A stretch of 64,000 nucleotides of DNA from a virus (Duplodnaviria > Caudoviricetes): positions 1-64,000 of the IMG/VR virus record IMGVR_UViG_3300026270_000004; one strand, given 5' to 3'. A model generated the notes under the pieces. That model saw only the letters and a program-made list of their open reading frames with translations. It was not told where the DNA came from and searched no databases. A program made the translations under genes and the position numbers. Positions 1 to 10,391 of this stretch are shown piece by piece (the first letter of the stretch is position 1; every line of letters begins with the position of its first letter).

Positions 1-395
1 TGCTCAAGAATCTGAAGACCATCGTCTTGATTCTTTGCCATGATTGCCAATTCAAAATTCAAATTATATGGTATTGGCATAAAACTTTTAAACTCTTTAC
101 CATCAGCTTGTGTATTCCTGATGTATTGAGTAGGAGATACCTTACGAGTTGCATCGTAATTAAACCCTTGTATCTCAAAGGATATCCTAGGAAGGGTGAT
201 CTGAGTAGTAGTCTTATTAAGACCTACTTGATTTAACCTTTGTAAGAATTTCTGACGAGGACCATATGCCAGAGGTACTTTCATCACCTCTGTCTTCCCC
301 GAAGCCACACGACGCAATTCAATATTATTGAACAGTGTACCAAATCCGACTACTGTCTTCTTGATAATTTCGTGATATGAATACGTGCCTAACAT
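1..395 (-). CDS. gp15: Tail sheath stabilizer / tail completion protein gp15 (partial, continues past the window start)
   Basis: Not in the ORF track. Manual translation from the ATG at 395 (TAATG overlap with the gp14 stop) gives MLGTYSYHEIIKKTVVGFGTLFNNIELRR...KVPLAYGPRQKFL...TLPRISFEI...YDATRK...PIPYNLNFEL...DDGLQILEQ, which are typical T4-like gp15 motifs. Synteny gp13-gp14-gp15 agrees. Confidence 0.92.
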   Translation of the reverse strand, partial: MLGTYSYHEIIKKTVVGFGTLFNNIELRRVASGKTEVMKVPLAYGPRQKFLQRLNQVGLNKTTTQITLPRISFEIQGFNYDATRKVSPTQYIRNTQADGKEFKSFMPIPYNLNFELAIMAKNQDDGLQILE

Positions 396-1270
396 TAGAT
401 ACTACTTCCTTTATTTCCAAACTCACCAAAGGGGTTAGTCTCGGTGAAATCAACAATTGCATCTGCCTGAGTTTCAACAGCCCAGTTAGATTGAGACGCA
501 TCATTAGTATTATTTAGTGTATTATATGTAGCACTTGTCCACGCAGCACTAGATGTGTTACCTGTAAGTGTCTCAGGTATACTAAAGATACCAGACCTAT
601 TATACACCACCAACTGACGTGTGGCACTATTCCATGACTTAACTGTAGCAGTTACATTAGAGTTACCACCTGTAACAATCTCCTCAGCAGCGAAGTCTCC
701 ACTACCACCCTCTGCAACGTTAATACTTATTGCATTGGCATAGTTGACCTCAATTGCATCAACCTCTGTGATTCCTGTATCGATGTCCTCGTCGCTGTAC
801 TGGAAGAGCTCACAGCGTAGTCCCCACGTATAGATTTTACCCAACGTGAAAAATGGTACTTCATATTCGACAAACTGGATCTCAAAGATCTTATTTGCCA
901 TAGGGAAGTATACGAGATCGCCTTCATTTGGTCTACCCTCCACGATTAGTGTTGCATTATCATCAACTGCCTCAGTGAAACGAGTCCTTGATATAACAAA
1001 GGTAACTTGATCTGCTATCTGAACACCAAACTTGGTGAACATGTCACCATCTCCTCTGAATCCTGAGTTGTCTTCGATAAAAGCTTCTATTTCATACGCA
1101 CCCTCAAACTTAGACATTGTGTCTTCCCCGAAGACAGTATCCTCTTTGACTAGCGTCCTAGGAATGTAGTATACATTCTTACCGAACATCTTAATCTGCT
1201 CATTAACAAGACTCTGTGTTAGGTCTTGCTCTCCTGTAGTGCCTTGAGAGAAATAAGTGTTGGTAGCCAT
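395..1270 (-). CDS. gp14: Neck protein gp14
   Basis: N-terminal EQDL..SLVNEQIKMFG..VYYIPR, FTKFG and RPNEGDLVYFP...FEIQFVE motifs, plus C-terminal DFTETNPFGE. Located after gp13. Confidence 0.93.
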   Translation of the reverse strand: MATNTYFSQGTTGEQDLTQSLVNEQIKMFGKNVYYIPRTLVKEDTVFGEDTMSKFEGAYEIEAFIEDNSGFRGDGDMFTKFGVQIADQVTFVISRTRFTEAVDDNATLIVEGRPNEGDLVYFPMANKIFEIQFVEYEVPFFTLGKIYTWGLRCELFQYSDEDIDTGITEVDAIEVNYANAISINVAEGGSGDFAAEEIVTGGNSNVTATVKSWNSATRQLVVYNRSGIFSIPETLTGNTSSAAWTSATYNTLNNTNDASQSNWAVETQADAIVDFTETNPFGEFGNKGSSI

Positions 1271-1271
1271 A

Positions 1272-2078
1272 CTATCCTATCATGTCTAGTGGTGGAGTTT
1301 CCCATTCTGTACGTAGTTGCTCGTCAAGTTTCTGGAGCTCATCTACAGCATCATTGTATATCATCTCTCCATTTAACGTGACACCACCTGGCATCTGAAC
1401 GTTTTGGAATTTAGTCATATTCTGACCCCACTGCTTCTTAATCTTAGCAGCAGTGTAATCCTTGACCCACATGTTGTCATAGATCTCTGTCCATGTAGTA
1501 GGATCTAATGCTCTCCATGCTTTGATAAGAAGATACTGATCGATAACAACATCAGTTGTCCAATCCATATCAAGATATAATCTATCCTGTGTAGCAATAT
1601 AACGAGTAGGTTTCAAACCTTCTAGAAGGAAATCAATTGTACCCAAATGCTGCTGAATCATATAGTAATGGTAGAACTGTGTAGATGTAAAATCATACAA
1701 GTCATTCAAACGCATTTGATATCTAATATCAAACATGTTTGCAGTACCCTTATCAGTGAAAGAGAATAATCCTTCAACAGATAATATATGTTGAGGTATC
1801 TCTATGTAAGCATTCCTTTCCTTCCACTCTGAATTACCAGCAGATGATGTAGTTAAAGTGTCATTAGCAGTAGCAGCTCTATCAATATCTGCTTGAGTTA
1901 TCTTATGCTTTAGATAGACTCTCTCAGCACCATCATAATGGAACTGTTGAAACTTCTGAATAGTATAATCAATAGCATCATCGCATTGATCATCAGAGAC
2001 GTTGATCTCTAGTACAGGTTTACCTAACCTGCGTAAAGCATATTCTTTTAATTCAGATTTGGAGGTAGGTTTTGCCAT
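1272..2078 (-). CDS. gp13: Neck protein gp13
   Basis: LKEYALRRLGKPVLEINV..DQ.DDAID, and WVKDY..AKIKKQWGQNMTKF..VQMPGGVTLNG motifs. Confidence 0.95.
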   Translation of the reverse strand: MAKPTSKSELKEYALRRLGKPVLEINVSDDQCDDAIDYTIQKFQQFHYDGAERVYLKHKITQADIDRAATANDTLTTSSAGNSEWKERNAYIEIPQHILSVEGLFSFTDKGTANMFDIRYQMRLNDLYDFTSTQFYHYYMIQQHLGTIDFLLEGLKPTRYIATQDRLYLDMDWTTDVVIDQYLLIKAWRALDPTTWTEIYDNMWVKDYTAAKIKKQWGQNMTKFQNVQMPGGVTLNGEMIYNDAVDELQKLDEQLRTEWETPPLDMIG

Positions 2079-2082
2079 TTAC

Positions 2083-5000
2083 TTATAGAGCAGCGATTCT
2101 GAGTTTAAATGCAGCGAAGTCTGCGGACGCAGCAACCTCAGCTTTGAGTTGTGTTAATGTAATTGTCTCTGCCTGTAATGCAGAGTCTGCCTTAGCACCT
2201 TGTGCAGCAGTAGCAAAGTCACCAGTGGCAGCCGCAGCAGCAGTGCCTAGTGTTGGTTTGTTGGTTAGGTCATCATAATCATTGCTAGTAGCAACAGCAC
2301 CAAGGTCGCCTGGTTGTGTAGCAGAAGCAGCAAGAGCACCCTGTGCAGCAGTAGCGAAGTCACCAGTTGCAGCAACAGCAGCAGTGCCAAGTCCAAGAGT
2401 GGTTCTGGCAGCAGCAGCGTCTGCGTCATCAACTAATGTTAAACCAAATGTGCTGATAGCAGAAGCATCAAGTTTTCCAGTGATACCTGCTACCACACGA
2501 GCATCAGCACGTGCGTTTGTATAGTATAGATTTGTGCCTTCTGTTAGGTCACTTGTAGATGCAGCAGCGATTCTAGCGTCTGCTCTAGCATCTGTATAGT
2601 AAAGATTAGATCCTTCAGTAAGGTCTCCAGTATCAGCAGCAGCGATTCTAGCGTCTGCTCTAGCATCTGTGTAATAAAGGTTAGATCCTTCAGCAACATC
2701 ATCAGTATCATGGTTAGATAGAGATGCAATAGTAGTAGGTGTAGTGTATGAGATAACACCAGTGCTACTGTTATATGCTAGTGATCCACTTACAGAGATG
2801 TGTCCTCTAGTGCGAGCAGCAGTTGTAAATAGATTTGTGGATCCCTCTGTGATGTTATCAGTGTTGATATCAGACTGAGTAACAGAAAGTGTTCCACCCG
2901 AATGTGAAATACCTGTGCCATATGTAAAGTGGGTGCGTGTCCTAGCAGCAGTTGTAAAGAGATTTGTTGATCCCTCAGTTATGTTATCAGAGTTAACATC
3001 TGCTTGAGTGACAGATAATGTATATGTATTAGCACCATCATCATACACCTTAGTAACACCAGTACCAGCGATGATAACAGCATTCAATCTGTCATCTACT
3101 CTCTCATCTGTATAGTATAGATTGCTTCCCTCTGCTACATCACCAGTATCATGGTTAGATAGAGATGCAATAGTTGTTGGAGTGGTGTAAGAAATAACAC
3201 CAGTAGAAGCATTATATGCTAGTGATCCAGATACAGAGATATGTCCACGAGTCCTTGCAGCAGTTGTGAAGAGGTTGGTTGATCCTTCAGTTACGTTGTC
3301 AGTGTCAATGTCTGCCTGAGTAACAGAAAGTTCTCCACCACCCGATAACTCAACACCGTTACCATACGTGAAGTGAGTTCTCGTTCTAGCTGCAGTGGTG
3401 AAGAGGTTAGTAGATCCTTCAGTGAAATTGTCAGTATTTAGATCTGACTGAGTTGCACTCAAGGTTAGCATGTTACCTGCGTCGTCGTAGGTAGCAGTAA
3501 TACCTGTGCCACCATTAATTAAATTGGCGACTCTATCGTCTACACGCTCTTCAGTATAATAAAGATTTGTACTACCTTCTGCTAATGCATCAGTAGTGTG
3601 GTTTGCAATACTACCAACCTGTGACTGGAAGAATGTAATGTTACCAGTGATATTCAAGTTACCTTGAATCTCGAAGTCAGTTGTTGACTTGAAGTTAGTA
3701 ACAGTAAGTCTGTTTTCAAATGGGTTGTATTGTAAATTCTGTGAGTCTGTCCTGATTTCAGTGTTACCAGATGTGGTAGAAACGAAAGTAGGATAGTAAG
3801 TTAGGTTAGAAGATGCTGTCTCAGTAACGTCAATTAGAGATGCAGTATCAGCATTACCTGTTAGGTCACCAGTTACATTACCAGTAATCTGTCCTGTTGA
3901 AACCAGTGTGCCACCGATAGTTGCATTGTTTGTAACTCCAAGAGTGCCAAGAGTTGCAGTACCAGTTATCTCAGCATTACCAGATGTTGAGTGTAAGGTA
4001 ATCTTGTCAGTGCTAGATCCATTCTGTAACTTAAGTGTCTTAGATCCACCACGTAATACAACACTGTCTTTTAATAGTGAAGTAGAGTTAACAGTAAGTG
4101 TGCCATCTAGTTGCTGATTACCATCAACGTTAAGGTTAGAATCAAAGTCTACATCTTGTGTTACCTGTAAGGTATCATCGATGATTGTGCGTCCAGCAAC
4201 ATCTAAAGTACCATCTATAGTGGTGTTACCAGTAGCACCAGCAACAATAAACTTGCTAGTGTTAACGATAATAGATCCAGTGATATTAGCGTTAGACGAT
4301 AGGTTAAGCGTATTAACATCAGCAGTTGATAGAGTTGTTGTACCTGTTACTCCCAGTGTTCCTCCAATGAGAGTGTTACCAGATGAACCTACAACTGATA
4401 GTGTAGGAGCATTGTTTGGACCCATATAGAAGTCTTCACCGAAGAAGACATCCTTAGAAATTATTGCACCACCTGTTACGTTGAATGCAGCAGTGTCAAT
4501 TAGGTTAGCAGGATTAGTAGCATTAGTAACGGAGGTAACACCAGTGATACCAACAGTGTTAGTAACATTAGTAGCTCCATTAACATCCAGTGTTCCTTGA
4601 ATATCTGTGTTACCAGTTGCCGACTGGACTGTAAACTTATCTGTGCCATCATCTAATTGTATTGCAAATTCTTTATTGTTAGCATTCAGTACAACGTTGT
4701 CTTGGAATGTAGCAACACCATCTACATTCAATGTAGAATCTAGGTCTGTTGCCTGTGTGACATTCAGAGTATCATCAACAGTTGTAGCACCCTCTATGTT
4801 TACAGTGCCTTGTATATCTGTGTTACCGTTATCAGTATCAACTTCAAACTTAGTTAGACCAGCAGCATTCTGAATAACAACTAACTTATTATCTGCCTTG
4901 ACTGTTAAACCATCTGTAATAGTGGTTAAGTTATCTACGTCAAGAGTACCATTGATAGTAAGGTTATCATCTACGACTGTCTCACCAGTAGAGGAGTCGA

Positions 5001-8000
5001 GAGTTAAGTTACCTGATGAAGTATCAATTTCAGATGCACCTGCTACACCGATACGGATGTTATCAGCAGTAATATCAGTAGATGTGATTGCATGATTGAA
5101 TGCAACTGTACCAACAAACTCATGAGCATCAGTATTAGCATTACCAATTGTGGTATTACCATTTACATCTAAGGTGCCAGTGACTGTGACATTATCATCG
5201 ATTTGAGTCTCTCCAGTTGCGGAGTCAAGGATGAGGTTGTTTCCAGTAGTTGTGCTAATTTCAGAATCAGAGTCCACCCCAATAGTAATAGCATCAGCTG
5301 TGATATTGGTGGAAGTAATTGCTTGGTTGAATTGAACTGTACCTGTAACAGTATGACTGTCCCCAGAAGCATTACCGATAGTAGCATTACCGTCAACGGT
5401 AAGGGTGCCATCAATCTGGGTATTGCCATCAACATTAAGGTTGCTATCAACATCTAAATTATCTGTTACATTAACGGTGCCACCTGCTGAATCTAAAATT
5501 AGATTTCCAGAGGTTGTATCAATCTCAGTTGCACCAGATACACCAATCTGGATATTGTCAGCAGTAATATCTGTGGAAGTTATTGCTTGGTTAAACTGGA
5601 CAACACCAGTTACAGTGTGAGAATCACCTGATGCATTACCAATAGTGGTGTTACCATCAACTGTTAGAGTTCCTTCAATATTAGTATTACCACTTGAAGC
5701 GAAGACTTTAAACTTAGGTGTTGTATTATTTCTAACTGCAAAGTCTGCATCAATAGCAGTTACACCATCAATAGCAACACTACCATCAATAACAACATTA
5801 CCTGCTACGTCTAGATTCTCTCCGACGAATAGACTTAATCCAATACCAGCACCACCACCAACTGTTAAGGTACCTGTACCTGGGTTAGAAGAATTGGTAG
5901 TATCAAACAGTGCTAAACTACCAGCATCAACTCCTGATCTTGTGCCAGAGAATGACTCTGAAGAATTGGTTGCACCATGATAGAAAGCATATCTTGAAGC
6001 AGAGTTATCCCATCCAAAGAATCCAATTCTTGCAGCATTATCATAGTATCTAAATTCAATACCACGATCCTTAGCATCGTTACTACCTGGAGCAGTGTCC
6101 CCGCCCAATGTGAATACTGGATCATCTACTGTAACTACAGTACTATTAACTGTGGTTGTCGTACCATTAACTGTGAGGTTACCTTCGACTAATGCATTGC
6201 TATTAACCGTTAGGTTTCCATCTACAGTGACGTTATCGGTAAACTGTGATACTGCATTAACTGTTAATACATCAGTGTTTGCATTACCTACAGTTGTTAA
6301 ACTACCAGTTATATTAACTTCTCTATTAAATGTTGCGTCACCGTGGACAACGATAGCACCATCAGTAGCATTACCCTGACCTGCACGTCCTATAGTTGTG
6401 AATCCAGACTCACCTAAGATAGAAAACTCTACGTTATCATTAGTGCCAACCTTACCAACATAGAAGTCATCTCCTACATGTAAGTCTTGGACAATACCTA
6501 CACCACCTGCAACTCTTAACTGAGCATCAGCATCATTAGCAAACTCTGCATTATGTGCTGTGCCACCACCTAAGTAGGTGCGATACAATACATCTAAGTT
6601 ATTAAGTAGAGAAGGACGTGTGCGAGCAGTGCCAGCATCCTTAACTACAAGACGATTAGAGACATATAAATCTTCTCCTACCCTTGCATCCTTATCTACG
6701 TTAAGACCACCGTCTATATCTACTGCACCTTCTCCAGTCTTGGTGATAGCATCATCAGCAGTAGTATCAACTGCAATATTAGTTGTGGTTTCAAATGTAG
6801 CAAGACCAAGGTTATTTAATGTGCCTTCAATATCTGTATTACCAGATGCACTTGCAACTTTAAATGTCTGGACTGATCCATTAGTGATAGTAAAGAACTT
6901 AGAGTTAGTATCTAAGGTTATATCATTATGGAATACTGCATCATCATCTACATCCAAAGTTGAATTGAATGTAACAGCAGCATCTACATCTAATGTGCTA
7001 TTGAATGTTACTCCACCGTCTACATCAAGAGTACCATCTGTATGTGTGTTACCGTTGTCAGTATCTACATCAAATACACTGGTACCAGCATCAGTTTGTA
7101 TATCAAATTTCTTATTGTCTGCTCTGATAATAAGGTTATCTGTGATCTCAGTTTCTAACTGAATATCAACTGTACCTTGTATGACTGTGTTACCTGTGTC
7201 AGTATCTACAGTAAACTTATCTACACCAGCAGCAGTCTGAATCTTAAAGTCTTCGTTATCTGACTTGATTAATACTGTGTCATTAATCTCAGTCTGACCT
7301 GCGATGGTTACTTCACCACCTATATGTGCATTCTCAGAGAGACCTAATCCCCCTGTGACCACCAACGTACCAGTCGTCGTCGAGGTCGATCCTGTGTTGG
7401 TTGTGAGACGGAGGTTACCAGCAATGAGAGGAGCGTCTGTACCAGTAAAAACTTCATTCGTGTTAGTGGCATTGTAGAGGAACCTAATCCCACCAGTGCC
7501 AGCCCATATGTTAGAGTCTGCGTAATCCTCATCCCACCCGAAGAACCCGAGTCTTGCTTGCGTATCATAATATTTGAATTCTATACCACGATCTTTGTTA
7601 TCGTCTGCTACAGGAGCAGTGTCTCCACCTAGGGTGAAGATAGGATCATCAATGGTAACAACAGTAGAATTTACCGTGGTCGTTGTACCATCTACCTGTA
7701 AGTCTCCACGAATCTGTACTAGACCTGTGACATCATCGTCATCATTAGGGTCTAATATCATAGTGGCATTGGTTGTAGACAGGACGTTATCCTGTAACCA
7801 ATAGTCTTCAATGTGTACTCTATTTGCTACGTTAGTAGCAGAGATAGTAATATCATTATCAGAAGTGATACTTAAAGTTGCTTCACCAGCACCACTATTA
7901 GTAGACGCAATACCTAAATTTCTATTGTGACTAGTGTTTTGGGTAAGATTGAAATTAAGATGCCCACTACCAGTCTTATCAATTGTCTGAGTGATATCAC

Positions 8001-9807
8001 CATCTAAAGTAATATCAGGATGACTGAAGTATGATCTTACATTAACATCAAATTCACCTGCACCACCATCAGTAATATTAATACTACTACCTTGTCCTGT
8101 ATGGTGATGACACCAATACCAAAGTTGGTTAGGTGCTTCATCTTGCACTAAGAATTCTACTATTCTATTTGTAGCACCAGAAAACTGAGCAGTATACTCT
8201 GCCATAGTTTTCTCAACACCATCCAAGAAGTAGTGAATCCCTGGCATATAGTGAGCACCACCAGGAATTAAGTCTCCATCTTCTGTGAGACTAAACATTA
8301 ATGGGTGAGGGTTACCTCCACCATAGGTAGCATTTGAAGAATCATTCTGATTGAATATGTATTTTATTCCTCTCTTAAGATTCATCACAGGTGTTTCTAC
8401 ACCGTCAATATAGAATACACCAGTTGACTGTCCATTAACACTGTCTACACCTACTGTAACTGCTATGTTAGTAACTGCCTGTATAGCACCAGAACTACCA
8501 TTACCTTGGTTATTAGCACCAACTAATAGATTACCAGTTGTGTCGTTTACCTTTGTATAGTTAAGGTAATTAAATCCTCTATAACCAGTAGTTGCTGTCA
8601 ACTCCTGATCTAATTCAAAGTCTTCTTTGGTGTTACCATCTGCAAAGGAGACACGGTTGTTTTGTAGTTGAAGATTATCTACACCTCTCTGTGCGATACT
8701 AACAAAACCACCTTCTATATTATTTCCGTTATCCCATAGAGTTACATCAAAGTCTTCTTGGTCAAAAGATGCAATACCCTTTTGAGGTGCTAATGCACTA
8801 CCAAGATATCTCCACCCATTAGTATCAGAAGAATCTGCATGGGTGGGCTCCCCGCCACCAGCCGATACGTCGGCAATTGCTTCATAAAGTTTATCCGTTG
8901 AGTTCTTTACTTTGTCGTATCTACTATATGCAGTAGCATTATCAAATACTGGATCAAGACTACCTTGCTTTGCTGTAGCAATAGCAGAAGTCTGAGCATA
9001 TGTCAGACGACCATATCTATCTACTGTAAAGTTTGTAGTGTTGACTGTCTCATCACCTGTCGTTGCAGATAAAAGAGGTGTGTCTAAGTTACCTACAGGG
9101 TTGTAAGTACCAACAACAACTGTTGTATCAGCGAGGTCAATGAATGGGTTGTTAGTCTGACCTGTGCCATTTTGCACAAGGACACGACCAGATCCACCAG
9201 TAATACTTCTACTAACAATGGTACCTTCTGACTGTCTAGACAGAATACCAAAGGTAGTCATGTTTGCCAACGCAGTTAGATCACTGTCTAATGGTTGTGC
9301 GTCAGTAATTCCATATGCTGACAAACTAGTTGGGTTATCAGCATCAACAATACGACCACGAGAGTCGATAGTTACCTGACTGTATGTACCTTGAGCACCT
9401 AGATCATTAGAATCATAATGAGGAAGAGTTGGAACATAATTCAACTCAGCAGTGATAGTTAGGTTCGAGGATCCATCGAACGTACCACTACCCGACATAT
9501 CACCACCAAGAGCGATATTTCGAGCGTTTGCTAATCTAGTTGCAGTAGCAGAGTTACCAACAAGTGAGGCAGTAATGGCACCTGCTTCAAAGTTACCGTC
9601 GGCATCTCTCTTAACTAGGGTGTTTGCAGTATTAGATTCAGTTTCGATTGGTCTCTCATATTTAAGAGAGTTCCAAGCGGTCACACCATCTCCTACTTTC
9701 AGTCGAGAGGTATCGATTTCGATACCCAACTCACCTTGAGCTAAGATTGGGTTGACGTTAGCCCACTGCTGTGCACCATCACGTCTTAGTTGTATTCTAT
9801 TTGCCAT
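2083..9807 (-). CDS. Long tail/collar fiber protein (2574 aa) with Mtd-N-like N-terminus, CBM-like and cupredoxin-like inserts and multiple repeat blocks
   Basis: The N-terminus RIQLRRD..QQW...NPILAQGELGIE.DT.RLKVGDG.TAWNSL is typical of phage fiber anchors. Long GNTxIxGTLxV beta repeats and EGSNLYYT repeats. Located immediately upstream of gp13. Confidence 0.85.
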   Translation of the reverse strand: MANRIQLRRDGAQQWANVNPILAQGELGIEIDTSRLKVGDGVTAWNSLKYERPIETESNTANTLVKRDADGNFEAGAITASLVGNSATATRLANARNIALGGDMSGSGTFDGSSNLTITAELNYVPTLPHYDSNDLGAQGTYSQVTIDSRGRIVDADNPTSLSAYGITDAQPLDSDLTALANMTTFGILSRQSEGTIVSRSITGGSGRVLVQNGTGQTNNPFIDLADTTVVVGTYNPVGNLDTPLLSATTGDETVNTTNFTVDRYGRLTYAQTSAIATAKQGSLDPVFDNATAYSRYDKVKNSTDKLYEAIADVSAGGGEPTHADSSDTNGWRYLGSALAPQKGIASFDQEDFDVTLWDNGNNIEGGFVSIAQRGVDNLQLQNNRVSFADGNTKEDFELDQELTATTGYRGFNYLNYTKVNDTTGNLLVGANNQGNGSSGAIQAVTNIAVTVGVDSVNGQSTGVFYIDGVETPVMNLKRGIKYIFNQNDSSNATYGGGNPHPLMFSLTEDGDLIPGGAHYMPGIHYFLDGVEKTMAEYTAQFSGATNRIVEFLVQDEAPNQLWYWCHHHTGQGSSINITDGGAGEFDVNVRSYFSHPDITLDGDITQTIDKTGSGHLNFNLTQNTSHNRNLGIASTNSGAGEATLSITSDNDITISATNVANRVHIEDYWLQDNVLSTTNATMILDPNDDDDVTGLVQIRGDLQVDGTTTTVNSTVVTIDDPIFTLGGDTAPVADDNKDRGIEFKYYDTQARLGFFGWDEDYADSNIWAGTGGIRFLYNATNTNEVFTGTDAPLIAGNLRLTTNTGSTSTTTGTLVVTGGLGLSENAHIGGEVTIAGQTEINDTVLIKSDNEDFKIQTAAGVDKFTVDTDTGNTVIQGTVDIQLETEITDNLIIRADNKKFDIQTDAGTSVFDVDTDNGNTHTDGTLDVDGGVTFNSTLDVDAAVTFNSTLDVDDDAVFHNDITLDTNSKFFTITNGSVQTFKVASASGNTDIEGTLNNLGLATFETTTNIAVDTTADDAITKTGEGAVDIDGGLNVDKDARVGEDLYVSNRLVVKDAGTARTRPSLLNNLDVLYRTYLGGGTAHNAEFANDADAQLRVAGGVGIVQDLHVGDDFYVGKVGTNDNVEFSILGESGFTTIGRAGQGNATDGAIVVHGDATFNREVNITGSLTTVGNANTDVLTVNAVSQFTDNVTVDGNLTVNSNALVEGNLTVNGTTTTVNSTVVTVDDPVFTLGGDTAPGSNDAKDRGIEFRYYDNAARIGFFGWDNSASRYAFYHGATNSSESFSGTRSGVDAGSLALFDTTNSSNPGTGTLTVGGGAGIGLSLFVGENLDVAGNVVIDGSVAIDGVTAIDADFAVRNNTTPKFKVFASSGNTNIEGTLTVDGNTTIGNASGDSHTVTGVVQFNQAITSTDITADNIQIGVSGATEIDTTSGNLILDSAGGTVNVTDNLDVDSNLNVDGNTQIDGTLTVDGNATIGNASGDSHTVTGTVQFNQAITSTNITADAITIGVDSDSEISTTTGNNLILDSATGETQIDDNVTVTGTLDVNGNTTIGNANTDAHEFVGTVAFNHAITSTDITADNIRIGVAGASEIDTSSGNLTLDSSTGETVVDDNLTINGTLDVDNLTTITDGLTVKADNKLVVIQNAAGLTKFEVDTDNGNTDIQGTVNIEGATTVDDTLNVTQATDLDSTLNVDGVATFQDNVVLNANNKEFAIQLDDGTDKFTVQSATGNTDIQGTLDVNGATNVTNTVGITGVTSVTNATNPANLIDTAAFNVTGGAIISKDVFFGEDFYMGPNNAPTLSVVGSSGNTLIGGTLGVTGTTTLSTADVNTLNLSSNANITGSIIVNTSKFIVAGATGNTTIDGTLDVAGRTIIDDTLQVTQDVDFDSNLNVDGNQQLDGTLTVNSTSLLKDSVVLRGGSKTLKLQNGSSTDKITLHSTSGNAEITGTATLGTLGVTNNATIGGTLVSTGQITGNVTGDLTGNADTASLIDVTETASSNLTYYPTFVSTTSGNTEIRTDSQNLQYNPFENRLTVTNFKSTTDFEIQGNLNITGNITFFQSQVGSIANHTTDALAEGSTNLYYTEERVDDRVANLINGGTGITATYDDAGNMLTLSATQSDLNTDNFTEGSTNLFTTAARTRTHFTYGNGVELSGGGELSVTQADIDTDNVTEGSTNLFTTAARTRGHISVSGSLAYNASTGVISYTTPTTIASLSNHDTGDVAEGSNLYYTDERVDDRLNAVIIAGTGVTKVYDDGANTYTLSVTQADVNSDNITEGSTNLFTTAARTRTHFTYGTGISHSGGTLSVTQSDINTDNITEGSTNLFTTAARTRGHISVSGSLAYNSSTGVISYTTPTTIASLSNHDTDDVAEGSNLYYTDARADARIAAADTGDLTEGSNLYYTDARADARIAAASTSDLTEGTNLYYTNARADARVVAGITGKLDASAISTFGLTLVDDADAAAARTTLGLGTAAVAATGDFATAAQGALAASATQPGDLGAVATSNDYDDLTNKPTLGTAAAAATGDFATAAQGAKADSALQAETITLTQLKAEVAASADFAAFKLRIAAL
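2500..3603 (-). repeat. Coding repeats in the fiber C-terminal part: a 147-aa (441-nt) super-repeat twice, plus 25-aa D.AEGSNLYYTDARADARIAAA repeats
   Basis: agtatcatggttagatagagatgcaatagt occurs at 2704 and 3145 (441 nt apart). gcagcgattctagcgtctgctctagcatctgt repeats with a 75-nt period at about 2564 and 2639. Confidence 0.9.
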
Positions 9808-9848
9808 TTACTTAAAGGATCCTAGCACTGCATACAGTCTTACTGGTT

Positions 9849-9855
9849 TATTTAT
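9849..9855 (-). promoter_or_regulatory. T4-type late promoter ATAAATA upstream of the fiber gene
   Basis: tatttat on the + strand, about 40 nt upstream of the fiber start codon. Matches the T4-like late consensus (T)ATAAATA. Confidence 0.65.
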
Positions 9856-10073
9856 GCGTCCGCAGGTGCTGTCTCTTCTTGAACCTCCTCTGGGGGAGTA
9901 GGATTAAGATACTCTAATGTCTCAATGGCACCGAGTAATTTGAGAGCAGTCTGCTCATTATCTTTGATCTTCTTAGCAAGAGACTGATTCTCGTTAATAA
10001 GATCTGAATAACGCTGTTTAAATTCTGCTGTTAATTCTTCTGGGGTTTTCTGTTCTGTCACATCAACTGGCAT
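9852..10073 (-). CDS. Small coiled-coil hypothetical protein (possible fiber assembly helper)
   Basis: 73 aa with a heptad-like LINENQSLAKKIKDNEQTALKLLGAIETLEYL segment. Lies between virion genes. Confidence 0.7.
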   Translation of the reverse strand: MPVDVTEQKTPEELTAEFKQRYSDLINENQSLAKKIKDNEQTALKLLGAIETLEYLNPTPPEEVQEETAPADA

Positions 10074-10332
10074 TTTTCTTCTCCACTAATTGTAAAAGCA
10101 TGTTTTTCATGTCACTTATATCTGATTTTAATGCATCAACGTCAGTTTGTAAAGCATTGAATTGCTCTTCTTTTTTATGACGCTTGTTATATGATGCCAT
10201 GTATTGATCATACTGTGATTTGTTACAATTCACAACTGCATTGGATGCAGGATCTCTATACCATCCTTCCCTGTTGTCCACAGGGATGAGGTCAGGTTTG
10301 AAAACCTGGATATGGTCTTCGTTTTCTTGCAT
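10063..10332 (-). CDS. Conserved T4-like cyanophage hypothetical protein
   Basis: YRDPASNAVVN motif followed by a C-terminal coiled coil (LKSDISDMKNMLLQL). The ATG at 10332 is preferred over the TTG at 10341. Confidence 0.75.
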   Translation of the reverse strand: MQENEDHIQVFKPDLIPVDNREGWYRDPASNAVVNCNKSQYDQYMASYNKRHKKEEQFNALQTDVDALKSDISDMKNMLLQLVEKKNAS

Positions 10333-10334
10333 AC

Positions 10335-10363
10335 TTGACAAAGGAATAATAATTAATTATACT
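10335..10363 (+). promoter_or_regulatory. sigma70-like (early-type) promoter in antisense orientation to the late operon
   Basis: TTGACA (10335-10340), 17-nt spacer, TATACT (10358-10363), in the short intergenic gap. Confidence 0.65.
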
Positions 10364-10391
10364 CAACCATGTAAGGGTTGGGATCAATACT

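Noticed and set aside
27-236. 69-aa plus-strand ORF at the window start
   Set aside because: It is antisense to the clearly recognisable gp15 frame.
9650-9807. Mtd-like N-terminus implying a diversity-generating retroelement
   Set aside because: Only the generic fiber anchor domain is shared. No reverse transcriptase, C-type lectin variable region or adenine-specific TR/VR pair was seen in the window.
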